The notes beneath the pieces are model-generated. The model was not told where the DNA came from. It was given only the letters and a program-made list of their open reading frames with translations, and searched no databases. A stretch of 64,000 nt of DNA, from assembly GCA_964564435.1 (NCBI GenBank), contig CAZMAT010000004.1, forward strand, positions 8,928 through 72,927. Reading direction: 5' to 3'. Shown here in pieces: positions 52,785-62,768 of this stretch; positions within the stretch are counted from its first letter, which is position 1; every line of letters starts with the position of its first letter. Both the position numbers and the translations under genes were made by a program. The stretch is from an uncultured bacterium. GTDB taxonomy: Bacteria > Fermentibacterota > Fermentibacteria > Fermentibacterales > Fermentibacteraceae.

Positions 52785-53803
52785 TCTTCGTCCGCATCCA
52801 TGCCATGCCATGCGTCAACAGATGCTGGCACTGCTTCTGCTGCGGAAGCCCGGATGATCCGTCCATGGAGGGCGCGACCGTACTCCGCATACTCGACGAA
52901 CTCGCCGCCTTGAAGCGGGAGAGCGGCGAGACTGTATTCCCTCTGTTCTACGACGAACCCACGGTTCACCCTGACTTCGTCCGGATCATGGGCCGCCAGC
53001 TCGACCTCGGCCTGATCATGGACGATTGGTGGTTCCCCACCAACGGATACGGCCTCGCCAGGCTCCCGGACGAGGGGTGGAGTGAGCTTGCTGAGAAGGG
53101 TTTCGAGGGTATCCGGCTCCACTTCCACGGGGTTGGGGAGCGACACGACCGTCGCGTGGGTAGAAGGGGCGCCTACGATGACCTCGTGGAGACCATAAGG
53201 CGTGCCGAGCAGTTCAGCGTGGAGTGGTTAGCGGGCATGGTCCTGAGCGCGGACAACGCCGCCGAGTACGATGAGACGAAGTCGGAGGTCGAAAAGCTGG
53301 GATCGCCCTGTGTGAAGTTCGGCTGGATGCTTCCGCAGTCGCAGGGCAGGGCAGATGGAACAGGGAACAGGGTCAGACTGCAGCACATCGCACATCTCCT
53401 TCGTGCGAACGGCGGATGGAAGACCGAAGCCGACCACATCCGGGCCATCCTTTCCGACGAAACGCTCGGCGGGAGGAAGGCACTCGATCCGGACTGCGGG
53501 ACGATGTGGCTGGATATCAGCCACGATCTGACGGTCACCTTCGGAGGCGGCTGCGACGGAGACCCGTACGACGGGATGAAATCGCTCGTTACACTCGGGA
53601 ACCTGGAGAGCGGCAGCATCCTGGAGTGCTATCGACGGTATCTAGAGAATCCGCCCGCTCCCGTCAGGAAACTGTCCGCGGTGACCTGGGGAGAGCTGGC
53701 CGGGCGGTATGGAGACCCCGGGAGCGACTTCGTCTACCACATCACGGATCTCACGGGGAGGATGTGGGCTTCGCGGTACCTGCGGGACGCCTTCCCGGAA
53801 TAG
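52781..53803 (+). CDS. radical-SAM-like protein (N-terminal CVNRCWHC = CX3CX2C; FYDEPTVHPDF resembles the GGEP/SAM-binding motif)
   Basis: 340 aa. RBS GAGGGAAGG. The cluster motif is at residues 11-18. I recognise no SPASM/twitch Cys pattern. Confidence 0.5.
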   Translation: MIFVRIHAMPCVNRCWHCFCCGSPDDPSMEGATVLRILDELAALKRESGETVFPLFYDEPTVHPDFVRIMGRQLDLGLIMDDWWFPTNGYGLARLPDEGWSELAEKGFEGIRLHFHGVGERHDRRVGRRGAYDDLVETIRRAEQFSVEWLAGMVLSADNAAEYDETKSEVEKLGSPCVKFGWMLPQSQGRADGTGNRVRLQHIAHLLRANGGWKTEADHIRAILSDETLGGRKALDPDCGTMWLDISHDLTVTFGGGCDGDPYDGMKSLVTLGNLESGSILECYRRYLENPPAPVRKLSAVTWGELAGRYGDPGSDFVYHITDLTGRMWASRYLRDAFPE

Positions 53804-54041
53804 CCCAGCCGGTACCAGCCGGTGTCCAGCCGGTGTCTGGCTACTCTTGAAAGGCCGCATTCATCAGCGTTACAGCGCGATTCGCCCGTTTCCCCATTAA
53901 TTCTGCACGAAGAAGATGTCGGTCTGGAGAGCGTTTGCGAAGTCGCTTTTCTTCACTGGATAACCTGTAAAATGACTATGGCTGCAAGAGACAGGGCCGC
54001 AGGATCTTGCGAGGGCAGTTTTGGGAGTAGTCTGACCCCGG

Positions 54042-56414
54042 TTACAACAGGTCGGTGGGGTCGACGTCGACGTCGAGCAGGACGCCCTTCGAGCCGGCGG
54101 CTTCGAAGGACGACAGGGCGTTCTGGACGAGCCGCCGCAGCGACGTGCGGCTGTCCGAGCGAGCCAGGGCACTGTAGCGCCACTTCCCGCGCAGCCTGGG
54201 GAGGATGGCCGGAGCCGGCGGAAAGACGCGAGCACCGGGCGGTGGCTCCAGAGCGTCCATGCAGGCCTTCGCGGCGGCCGCGACCCTCGCTTCGACGGGA
54301 CCCGACCAGACGAACCGGACGATCCGGCCGTAGGGCGGGTACCCGAGGAGCCTCCTGGCAGGCAGCTCCGATTCGAGGAATGCTTCGTAGTCCTGCGCCA
54401 TGGCGGCGGCGAGTGAGTCGGGCCTGAGGGTCTCCACGAGCACGGTGCCGGGCGCAGAGCCCCTCCCGGCGCGGCCAGCGGCCTGCATCACGAGCTGGAA
54501 GGCCCTCTCCGACGCGCGAAAGTCCGGTATAGCCAGGGCCATGTCGGCCGAGAGGATGCATACGAGCGTGACGCCCGGGAAGTCGTGCCCCTTCGCGACC
54601 ATCTGCGTGCCGAGGAGGACGTCGGCCCCGCCTTCGGCGAACCGCCCGAGGATCTCCCAGATGGCGCCTGCCGAGGAGGACGTGTCCCTGTCGAGCCTGA
54701 GGATGCGGATCCCCGGCAGGGCGCCCGAGAGGAACGCCTCGACCTTCTGGACACCCGGACCCTCCGTGACGAACCTCGTGCAGCCGCACGAGGGGCAGTC
54801 CCTCGGCGCCCTCGTCCACCAGCCGCAGTGGTGGCACCTCAGTATCCCGCCGCGCGCGTGATAGGTGGGAGCGACGGCGCATTCCGGGCATTCCTCGCGG
54901 TGGCCGCACCCCGCGCAGATCCGGGTGGGCGCGAAACCCCTGCGGTTGAGGAGCAGTATCGACTGTTCGCCACGGCGCCAGGTTTCTGCGATCGCGGAAA
55001 GCATCTCGGGGGGCACGACGCTGCCGTATTCCCCGGGCCTGACGGGCTTCACCGAAGGCATCGGCCTGCCGCCCGCACGTCCAGGCAGCGTGAGGATCCC
55101 GTACTTGCCCGAGTCAGCGTTGCCCCGGCTCTCGAGTGAAGGCGTAGCCGAGCCCAGAACGACTGGGACTCCCTCGATGGAGCCGCGCACCACGGCCAGG
55201 TCCCGAGCGTTGTAGCGGGGCTGCTCCTGCTGCTTGTAGCTCGAATCGTGCTCCTCGTCCACGATGATGATCCCAGTGCGTGCTAGAGGGGCGAAGACGG
55301 CGCTCCTGGGCCCTATCGCAATGCACTTTTCACCCGCTGCCAGGGCGCTCCAGGCCCGCAGCCTCTCGCCGGTGGAGAGTGCGCTGTGCATGACGGCGAC
55401 CATGCCGGGGAACCGCCGCTCGAACCGAGCGGTGAGCTGGGGCGTGAGAGATATCTCCGGCACGAGGACGACGGCCTGGAGCCCGTGGGCGACGACTGCG
55501 GCGATGGCCCTCAGATAGACCTCCGTCTTGCCGCTTCCTGTGACGCCGTGCAGCAGGAAGACGCCGCCCTCCGCGCCCGAGATGCGCGAGACGGCCTCCT
55601 CCTGCCCTGGTTCGAGGTCCGCGACCTCCGCGCCTGCGAGCGAGCCCCCGGTACCCGCAGCCTCCGCAGGCGAGACCGCAGCGGCTCCCGCCTTCACCAC
55701 GGCATCGAGGGAAGACCGCGAGGCACCGGCCTCCCGGAGGAGGGCTCCGATCGTGATCCTCTCGTCGCTCCGGGAGAGGATCTCGAGGATCGATGCCTGC
55801 GCGGGCGCCTTCCTGCGCAGCCTTTCGGCCATGCCCGCGAGAGCAGCAGGGGGCAGGCAGGGTGTGACGGCCATCCCCGCGGATGTCCTGCGGGTCGGCG
55901 CGGGGGAGAGCCTGCACTCTACGGCGCCCGACGCTGCCAGGGATGACAGGTGCGACATAAGGACCGACCGGGAGGAGAAGCCGTGGGCCAGGCCGTCCAC
56001 CGGAACGAACGACGAACCGTCCAGCCCTTCCAGAACAGGATCACCAGCCGCTGCCCGCCCCGCCGCACGGCGGATCTCCTGCCGGAGCCCGGCCCCCGCT
56101 CCGGGAGGCGAAGCAGAAGCCATCATCATCCCCGGCGGCGCCGAATAGTAGTCTGCCGCCCATCTCACCAGTTCGAGAACGGGGCGCGGTAGCGCGGAAA
56201 CGCAGTCGAGGCGGGACTCCACCGTCTTCACGCCGTCCGCGGGAAGGGAGGTGGAACGCCCCCAGATCCAGCCCGTCAGCCTCTCGCGGCCGAAGGGCAC
56301 CTCCACACGGCATCCCTCGAGCACGCCACCGGCCATCCCCGAAGGAAGCAGGTAAGTGAACGTCCTCCAGACCGGCCTCGGGACGGCTACCTCGACGGCT
56401 GTCGCATCAGGCAT
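54042..56414 (-). CDS. priA: primosomal protein N' (replication restart helicase PriA)
   Basis: It has the helicase motifs GVTGSGKTEVYL and DEEHD. Zinc-binding CxxC repeats read CAGCGH...CPEC...CHHCG...CPSCG. Confidence 0.9.
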   Translation of the reverse strand: MPDATAVEVAVPRPVWRTFTYLLPSGMAGGVLEGCRVEVPFGRERLTGWIWGRSTSLPADGVKTVESRLDCVSALPRPVLELVRWAADYYSAPPGMMMASASPPGAGAGLRQEIRRAAGRAAAGDPVLEGLDGSSFVPVDGLAHGFSSRSVLMSHLSSLAASGAVECRLSPAPTRRTSAGMAVTPCLPPAALAGMAERLRRKAPAQASILEILSRSDERITIGALLREAGASRSSLDAVVKAGAAAVSPAEAAGTGGSLAGAEVADLEPGQEEAVSRISGAEGGVFLLHGVTGSGKTEVYLRAIAAVVAHGLQAVVLVPEISLTPQLTARFERRFPGMVAVMHSALSTGERLRAWSALAAGEKCIAIGPRSAVFAPLARTGIIIVDEEHDSSYKQQEQPRYNARDLAVVRGSIEGVPVVLGSATPSLESRGNADSGKYGILTLPGRAGGRPMPSVKPVRPGEYGSVVPPEMLSAIAETWRRGEQSILLLNRRGFAPTRICAGCGHREECPECAVAPTYHARGGILRCHHCGWWTRAPRDCPSCGCTRFVTEGPGVQKVEAFLSGALPGIRILRLDRDTSSSAGAIWEILGRFAEGGADVLLGTQMVAKGHDFPGVTLVCILSADMALAIPDFRASERAFQLVMQAAGRAGRGSAPGTVLVETLRPDSLAAAMAQDYEAFLESELPARRLLGYPPYGRIVRFVWSGPVEARVAAAAKACMDALEPPPGARVFPPAPAILPRLRGKWRYSALARSDSRTSLRRLVQNALSSFEAAGSKGVLLDVDVDPTDLL

Positions 56415-57681
56415 CCGCGCCGGCCCTTTCGAGCGTTTCCCGCCTTGCGGCCGCGATGTCCATCGGGAGCGGTGGAAGGGTCGGGAAGGCCCCGTCCTCG
56501 TAAAGGACCTTGCCGTGCACCATCACGAGGCGCACCCGCGCGGGCCAGTCGAGCTCGAGGACGTATCTGACCGGGTCCTCGGCCATCTCCAGTTCCTCCG
56601 ACTCCTCCTCGGAAGGTTCGAGGAGGACGATGTCGGCCTGCATCCCCGCGTCGATCCTGCCGTGGCCGGTGTCGAGGATGCGCCCGGCCCCCTCCGTGGC
56701 GGCCCTGAGCCATATCCTGCCCGCGACCGACGCGGGCGAGTGCTTCAACGCCGCCAGGGACATGGCGAGCCTGATGTCGGAGGCTAGGTCGAGGCTGTTG
56801 TTGCACGCCGCCCCGTCGCTGGCGGGGAAGACCCCGACACCCGCCGCGAGCAGAGCTGGTACGTCGGCGATGCCGCTGCCCAGCCTCAGGTTGGTCCACG
56901 GGCAGTGGACGACCGACGTGCCGGATGAAGCCAGCAGATCAGCCTCCCCCTGAGCGAGATGGACGCAGTGTGCCAGCAGGGTGCGGGCGCCCGGGAAGCC
57001 CCTTGCAGCCAGATATCTGACGTTTCCGCCCGCCTCCGCGATCGCAGGGAGGGCGACCTCGGCCGGGCTCTCGGCGCAGTGCGTGGTCCTGACTAAGTCG
57101 CCGCGTACCCCGCGCACGAAGCTCCACAGGGAGTCCGAGCAGGACAGCGCGAACCTGGGCGCGAGGGCGTGCCTCACGAGCCCTCCGCACGAGGCGCGGA
57201 CCCTCCCTGTCTCCTCCATGAGCCAGGCCAGGTCCCTCGCGAGGCCGTCCGGCCCCTCGTCCATCAGCGCATTGGCCGCGTGGGCCCTGATGCCCGAGCG
57301 CCTGAGGATGTCCACCGTGACGGTCGAGTGCTCGACGCTGCCCATGTCGAGGAGGCAGGTGCAGCCGGAGGAGATCAGCTCCCGGAGGGACACGATCACC
57401 GAAGTGGCGAGGGTGTCGGGTGTGTGCGCGGCCTCGAGGGGCCAGATCCTCTCCCGGAGCCAGTCGAGCAGGGTCCTGCCCTCGGCCGTTCCCCGGAACA
57501 GGGTCTGACAGAGGTGGACGTGGGGCTGGACCAGGCCGGGGATGGCGATGCAGCGGGCGTGCGACCCCGCGGGTACAGCCCTGCGGACCGAGGCAATAAT
57601 CCCGTTCTCCTCGGTTATCGAGAACCCTCCGGGCACGAGCCCGGAGCTCCAGTCCATCACGTATCCAGGCCTGAGTTCCAT
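56407..57681 (-). CDS. metal-dependent amidohydrolase (cytosine/guanine/MTA-deaminase family)
   Basis: It has PGLVQPHVHLCQT (HxH), HALAPRF, HCAESPAE and HCVHL. The start is ATG 57681 (MELRPGYV). It overlaps priA by 8 nt. Confidence 0.7.
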   Translation of the reverse strand: MELRPGYVMDWSSGLVPGGFSITEENGIIASVRRAVPAGSHARCIAIPGLVQPHVHLCQTLFRGTAEGRTLLDWLRERIWPLEAAHTPDTLATSVIVSLRELISSGCTCLLDMGSVEHSTVTVDILRRSGIRAHAANALMDEGPDGLARDLAWLMEETGRVRASCGGLVRHALAPRFALSCSDSLWSFVRGVRGDLVRTTHCAESPAEVALPAIAEAGGNVRYLAARGFPGARTLLAHCVHLAQGEADLLASSGTSVVHCPWTNLRLGSGIADVPALLAAGVGVFPASDGAACNNSLDLASDIRLAMSLAALKHSPASVAGRIWLRAATEGAGRILDTGHGRIDAGMQADIVLLEPSEEESEELEMAEDPVRYVLELDWPARVRLVMVHGKVLYEDGAFPTLPPLPMDIAAARRETLERAGADA

Positions 57682-57822
57682 GGCGCCTCCCGGGCGGCTG
57701 GTCTGCTTTGAACATAAGCGGCCGCCCGTGGGCTGGAAATTGACCGGAGGAGGCCGGAAAGGCGATAATCGCGGGACGTCCCGCATCGGGCGGAACGCAT
57801 CTTCGATCCGGACGGGGACCCC

Positions 57823-59136
57823 ATGAAAATCGCACCGGTGCTCTGCCTCGCGGTCGCATCAATCGCGACGTCGGCGGCATACTCCCTGAAGACCCTCGAC
57901 AACGGCCTGACGGTGATCGTCTCGCGCGACGAGTCGGCGCCGGTGGTGACTATCTGCATCGCGGTGAAGACCGGCTCCACCTGCCAGACCGAGGCGGACT
58001 GCGGCCTGGCGCATTTCTACGAGCACATGTTCTTCAAGGGCAACGCGCAGATACCCGACCAGACCGCCTACAACGCCCGCATGGGCGAACTGGGCATCGT
58101 GCAGAACGGATCCACTTCCGACGAGATCGTCAGGTACCACATAACGCTCCCGTCCGAGCGCCTTTCCGAGGGGCTCGAGTTCATGTACTACGCCATCGCC
58201 ACGCCCCTCTTCGATGAGAACGAGATGGCCGTCGAGCGAAGCGTGATCCTCAACGAGTACCAGCGCGACACCACGCATCCCTACTGGGACTACTGGAAGG
58301 CAAGGGAAGACGTGCTGCACCCCTCGGCGCCCTGGAGGGCCAACGGCATAGGCCTGCCCGAGGTGATCACGAGCGCCGACCGCAGCGTGATGGATGCCTT
58401 CAGGGCGACCTACTACACGCCCGACAACTGCGCGCTCATCATCGCGGGCAGCGTGGACGAGGACAGCGCCTTCGCCCTGGCGGAGCGCTGGATGTCCGCC
58501 TGGGAGTACGGCGGGAGGAGCGACTACGACGAGCTCCCCATGCTTGTCGAGATCGCCCGGGACACGACCGTGACCATCCCCTCCATTCCCGGCGTCGAAC
58601 TGGTGTCCATCGACTACGCGGGCCCGTCGCTCGTCACCGATCCCTCGGCCACCTACGCAGCCGATGTGTGGGGAACCTGCCTCGACATGATGAACGGCGA
58701 GTTCTACCGCGACCTGGTGACCAACGGGCCCTTCATGGATGTCTCCGCCGGCTTCTACACGCAGCGGTACGCCCCCGTCATCTCCTTCTCGGGCACGCCG
58801 AGGCCCGGCAGGTCTACCGAGGCCGTGCAGGCTCTCGAGCAGGAGATCGACCAGCTCCTCTCCCCGTCCTACTACGACGGATACGACCTGCACGCCGCCA
58901 CCGAGAGCCTCAGGAGGCACAGGCTCCTCGCGGAGGAGACGTCCTACGACGTCGCCGTCGAGTCCCTGGCGTTCTGGTGGGTTGTCGGCGGCGGGCTGGG
59001 ATACTACGACACCTACCCCGACAGCCTGGCCCTCGTCACGGTCGACGACGTGGCCGCCTTCCTCGACGAATACGTGGCGGGCAGGCCGTCCGTCACGTTC
59101 GTCATGTCTCCCGCGGAGGGGGGTGGTGCCGAGTGA
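57823..59136 (+). CDS. M16-family zinc peptidase (catalytic subunit, HxxEH)
   Basis: Signal peptide, then HFYEHMFFKG, and EN/E downstream. Confidence 0.85.
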   Translation: MKIAPVLCLAVASIATSAAYSLKTLDNGLTVIVSRDESAPVVTICIAVKTGSTCQTEADCGLAHFYEHMFFKGNAQIPDQTAYNARMGELGIVQNGSTSDEIVRYHITLPSERLSEGLEFMYYAIATPLFDENEMAVERSVILNEYQRDTTHPYWDYWKAREDVLHPSAPWRANGIGLPEVITSADRSVMDAFRATYYTPDNCALIIAGSVDEDSAFALAERWMSAWEYGGRSDYDELPMLVEIARDTTVTIPSIPGVELVSIDYAGPSLVTDPSATYAADVWGTCLDMMNGEFYRDLVTNGPFMDVSAGFYTQRYAPVISFSGTPRPGRSTEAVQALEQEIDQLLSPSYYDGYDLHAATESLRRHRLLAEETSYDVAVESLAFWWVVGGGLGYYDTYPDSLALVTVDDVAAFLDEYVAGRPSVTFVMSPAEGGGAE

Positions 59137-60440
59137 GGACGATACCTGCCATCCTGCTCGCCGCTTCGGCGGCCTTCGCCTCCGTGCCCTCCGACGTCGT
59201 GGAATTCGAGCTCGGGAACGGCATAAGGGTCATCTCCAGGGAGATGCCCTCCACGAACGAGGGACTCGCCGTCTTCCTCGAGGGCGGTTCGAGAACGCTC
59301 GACGAGGGCACCGCCGGGATCGAGAACCTCGCATTCGAGGCCTGCCTGATGGGTTCCTCGCGCTATCCCGGCGAGGCATGGCGCTCGCTGATGGACGTCA
59401 CCCAGGCCAGGATCGAGGGAGTGTACGGGTACGACTTCAGCGCCCTCCGCCTGATGTGCCTGGAGGAGGACCTGCCGGTCCTTCTCGACGCCATGTCCGA
59501 CTGCCTCATCGATCCAGAACTGGAGGCCTCGGCCTTCGAGCGCACCCGGGACGGCCTCCTGCAGGCGCTGCTAGTCGAGGAGAGCGATCCCGACGAAAGG
59601 GTCTGGCGGGTGGCCAACGAGGGCCTCTTCGCGGGCCATCCCTACAGGTTCGACCCCTCCGGGACGGTGGAGACCATGGAAGGCTTCACTGCCGCCGACG
59701 TCAGGGCCAGGCTCTCGGAGAGGATGCTCGCTGGGAACATGCTGATAGCCCACGTCGGGCCGACCGGGACCGATGACCTGAGGGAGATGCTCGAGGGCAC
59801 CTTCGGGCGGATCGCGCCGGGAGGCGGCGATCTGACGCCGCCCCCGCCGTTCGTGTTCTCGCGTGACACGGTGGTCTTCCAGCCCGAGTCGACCCTGACG
59901 GCCTACATCGTCGGCAAGTTCCCCGCGCCGTCCCCGTCCGACCCTGACTATCCGCTATTCACGGCTGCGATGGACGCCGTGAGCGACCGGTTCTGGCAGG
60001 TGCTCCGCACCGAGCGGGGCCTTACCTATGCACCCTTCGCCGGTGCCGCATCGTCGATGCGCAACTGGGCCTATCTATACGCGAGCACCCCCGAAGCCGC
60101 GGAAGCCTGCTCGCTGATGGCTGCCATAGTGCTAGAGGGCGCTTCGGGCGGCTTCTCGGACGAGAACCTCCGGGGCAGCCTCGAGGTCGCGAGGACCGGC
60201 CGGATGATGTCCCTGTCGTCCCCGTTCAATCAGGCCTACATGCTGGGGATGTACGGGATAGAGACCGGCGACTGGCGCAACCTCTGGCTGTACAGCGATA
60301 TTGCCCGCGACATGGACCCCGCGATGCTCGGAGAGGTCCTCACGAGATGGCTGGGCCCGATCTCATGGGGCCTGGTGGGCGATCCGGGGATATGCTCCCC
60401 GGTGACGTCCTCCCCGCCGACGATAACGGAGGGAAGATGA
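59133..60440 (+). CDS. M16-family peptidase partner subunit (no HxxEH)
   Basis: A GTGA overlap joins it to the previous gene. It has a signal peptide and an M16 fold, and lacks the zinc motif. Confidence 0.8.
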   Translation: MRTIPAILLAASAAFASVPSDVVEFELGNGIRVISREMPSTNEGLAVFLEGGSRTLDEGTAGIENLAFEACLMGSSRYPGEAWRSLMDVTQARIEGVYGYDFSALRLMCLEEDLPVLLDAMSDCLIDPELEASAFERTRDGLLQALLVEESDPDERVWRVANEGLFAGHPYRFDPSGTVETMEGFTAADVRARLSERMLAGNMLIAHVGPTGTDDLREMLEGTFGRIAPGGGDLTPPPPFVFSRDTVVFQPESTLTAYIVGKFPAPSPSDPDYPLFTAAMDAVSDRFWQVLRTERGLTYAPFAGAASSMRNWAYLYASTPEAAEACSLMAAIVLEGASGGFSDENLRGSLEVARTGRMMSLSSPFNQAYMLGMYGIETGDWRNLWLYSDIARDMDPAMLGEVLTRWLGPISWGLVGDPGICSPVTSSPPTITEGR

Positions 60441-60799
60441 GGACAATTCTTGCAGCGGCCGCCCTGCTGATCACGGCATCGTGCTCCACCTCGTCGTCCG
60501 CGCCCCCGGATCCGGCGACGGCCCGTGACGGGGCCGTGACCCTCTCCGGCACCGTCGAGGTCCTGGCCCCCGGATCCAGATCCGAGACGATCATCCTCCA
60601 GGTCGACGCCACCGGCGAGGTGGTCGCCCTTGTGGGCGAGGGGGCTTCCGCTCTCAGGGGGATGCCGGGCGTCACTGTCACCGTGACCGGGCTCTTCACC
60701 GAGGCGGGCTGGTCGGTCGATCCCGACATCAGGAAGCTGGAGGTCACGGACGTGACCGCCGGCGAAGGCCCCGAATCCTCCGACAGGTTCGACGACTGA
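60437..60799 (+). CDS. small lipoprotein (120 aa)
   Basis: RBS GGAGGGAAG. Lipobox LLITASC. Confidence 0.5.
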   Translation: MRTILAAAALLITASCSTSSSAPPDPATARDGAVTLSGTVEVLAPGSRSETIILQVDATGEVVALVGEGASALRGMPGVTVTVTGLFTEAGWSVDPDIRKLEVTDVTAGEGPESSDRFDD

Positions 60800-60845
60800 C
60801 AGGTACTGGCGGCCGCCGCTCATGCGGCGCCCCGGAACGGCATAG

Positions 60846-62642
60846 ATGGAAGACCACGAAGAGAAGCGCCCCCGCATCGACCGATCGAGCCTGAAGGCCA
60901 TATTCCGCCTGCTCTGGTCCCACAGGAGATCCATAGCCTTCGGCCTGGTTGCGCTCGTTTTCGTCGACGGGCTCCAGCTGATCATCCCCAAGATCACCCA
61001 GCACGTCGTGGACGACCTGGCGCAGGGCTCGGCCACCCAGCACAGGCTGATCCTTGCCGGCATCGCCATCGTCGTGGTCTCCGTCCTCATGGGCGGGTGC
61101 AGGTTCATCTGGCGCTACTTCATAGTCGGCTCGAGCCAGCGGATCGAGCGGGACCTCCGGCAGGACCTGTACGACCACCTCCAGAAGCTGTCCCCTCAGT
61201 TCTACGACAGGACCAAGGTCGGCGACCTGATGGCCCATGCCACGAACGACCTCCAGGCCGTGCGCATGGCCTGCGGCATGGCGACCCTGGCCGCGTTCGA
61301 CTCGCTGATCCTCGCCATAGCAAGCCTCTCGGTGATGATGGTGATGAACGTCAGGCTGACGCTCCTCACCCTCCTGCCCCTGCCCATACTCGCACTCGTG
61401 ATGTTCCGGTTCGGCTCGCTCGTTCACAGGCGCTTCATGTCCGTGCAGGAATCCTTCTCCGCACTCACCGAGCGCGTCCAGGAGAGCCTTTCCGGCATCA
61501 GGGTGGTGAAGGCCTACGGCGACGAGGAGTCGGAGCAGAGGTTCTTCGACGCGAGGGCGCGTGACTGCGCGCAGCAGAACATCAGGCTGGGCATGATAGG
61601 CGGCGTGTTCGACCCCATGATCGGCGCCCTCGCCATGGCGAGCATGGTGATACTCCTCAGCGAGGGCGGCTCGATGGTCATCTCGGGCGAGGTTTCGCTC
61701 GGCGAGTTCGTGGCCTTCTCGAGCTACCTCCACACCCTGATCTGGCCGATGATGGCCGTGGGCTGGGTGGTCAACCTGCTCCAGCGCGGCACTGCCAGCA
61801 TGGAAAGGCTCGAGAGGATCTTCACCACCCCTCCGGACATCGTCGGCGGCCCCTGCGAGGCTCCCGCGGACACATCCATCGAGGTCAGGGGCCTGAGCTT
61901 CGCGTACCCCGGCACCGGGACGCCGGTTCTCGACGATGTCTCGTTCAGCCTTCCCGCCGGTTCGACGCTCGGGATAGTCGGCAGGACGGGATCTGGCAAG
62001 ACCACGCTCGTCGAGCTGATGATGCGCCTCTACGACCCGCCGGCGGGCACGATCCTGATAGGCGGGACGGACATCCGCGACATGTCGCTCGAGGCTCTCA
62101 GGGGCTTCTTCGCCTACGTCCCCCAGGAGACCTTCCTCTTCGCCATGAACGTGGCCGACAACATCGCGTTCGGGACCGGCGGGCTCTCCCGCGGGCAGGT
62201 CGAGGACCTGGCCCGGAAGGTCCAGATCCACTCCGAGATAGAGTCGTTCCCCGAAGGCTACGACACCCTGGTGGGCGAGAGGGGCGTGACCCTCTCCGGG
62301 GGACAGAAGCAGAGAGTGGCGATCGCGAGGGCCCTGGCCACCGATCCGTCCATCCTGGTTCTGGACGACGCCCTCTCCAGCGTTGACACCGAGACGGAGG
62401 CCGCGATCCTCTCGACCCTGTCCGAGAGCCTCGGCCAGAGGACCGGCGTCGTGATAGCCCACAGGATAAGCACCGTGAAGAGGGCCGATCTGATCATCGT
62501 CCTGGACGGAGGCAGGCTCGCAGAGTCAGGAACTCACGACGGACTGCTGGCCCTGGGCGGCATCTACGCGGACCTCCACAGGATGCAGCAGCTCGAGGAG
62601 GAGGCCAGGCGGATGCCCCCGGCAGGCGGAGGCGAGGACTGA
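60846..62642 (+). CDS. ABC exporter, fused permease-ATPase (MsbA/ABCB-type), first half of heterodimer
   Basis: Six TM helices are followed by Walker A (GRTGSGKTT), LSGGQKQRVAIARAL and Walker B (ILVLDDALS). Confidence 0.9.
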   Translation: MEDHEEKRPRIDRSSLKAIFRLLWSHRRSIAFGLVALVFVDGLQLIIPKITQHVVDDLAQGSATQHRLILAGIAIVVVSVLMGGCRFIWRYFIVGSSQRIERDLRQDLYDHLQKLSPQFYDRTKVGDLMAHATNDLQAVRMACGMATLAAFDSLILAIASLSVMMVMNVRLTLLTLLPLPILALVMFRFGSLVHRRFMSVQESFSALTERVQESLSGIRVVKAYGDEESEQRFFDARARDCAQQNIRLGMIGGVFDPMIGALAMASMVILLSEGGSMVISGEVSLGEFVAFSSYLHTLIWPMMAVGWVVNLLQRGTASMERLERIFTTPPDIVGGPCEAPADTSIEVRGLSFAYPGTGTPVLDDVSFSLPAGSTLGIVGRTGSGKTTLVELMMRLYDPPAGTILIGGTDIRDMSLEALRGFFAYVPQETFLFAMNVADNIAFGTGGLSRGQVEDLARKVQIHSEIESFPEGYDTLVGERGVTLSGGQKQRVAIARALATDPSILVLDDALSSVDTETEAAILSTLSESLGQRTGVVIAHRISTVKRADLIIVLDGGRLAESGTHDGLLALGGIYADLHRMQQLEEEARRMPPAGGGED

Positions 62643-62768
62643 CGTGAACGGTCATTCCGACTGGGATGCCGACACGGTTGTCGGAGGAGGCCATGCGGAT
62701 GCCCCCGGCAGGCGGAGGCTAGGACTGACGTGAACGGCCATTCCGACTGGGATGCAGATCTGATCGAA
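62597..62768. repeat. 86-bp direct tandem duplication (2 copies, ~95% identical) spanning the junction of the two ABC-exporter genes
   Basis: Copy 1 carries the stop of gene 1 followed by a GTGAACGG... start-like segment. Copy 2 carries the apparent real start (GTG about 62729, VNGHSDWDADLIEG...) of gene 2. Confidence 0.75.

Noticed and set aside
53804-54041. ccagccggt x3 short repeat in the convergent gap between the rSAM-like gene and priA
   Set aside because: Only a weak 4-bp stem is possible and there is no T-tract. It is probably low-complexity sequence, not a terminator.
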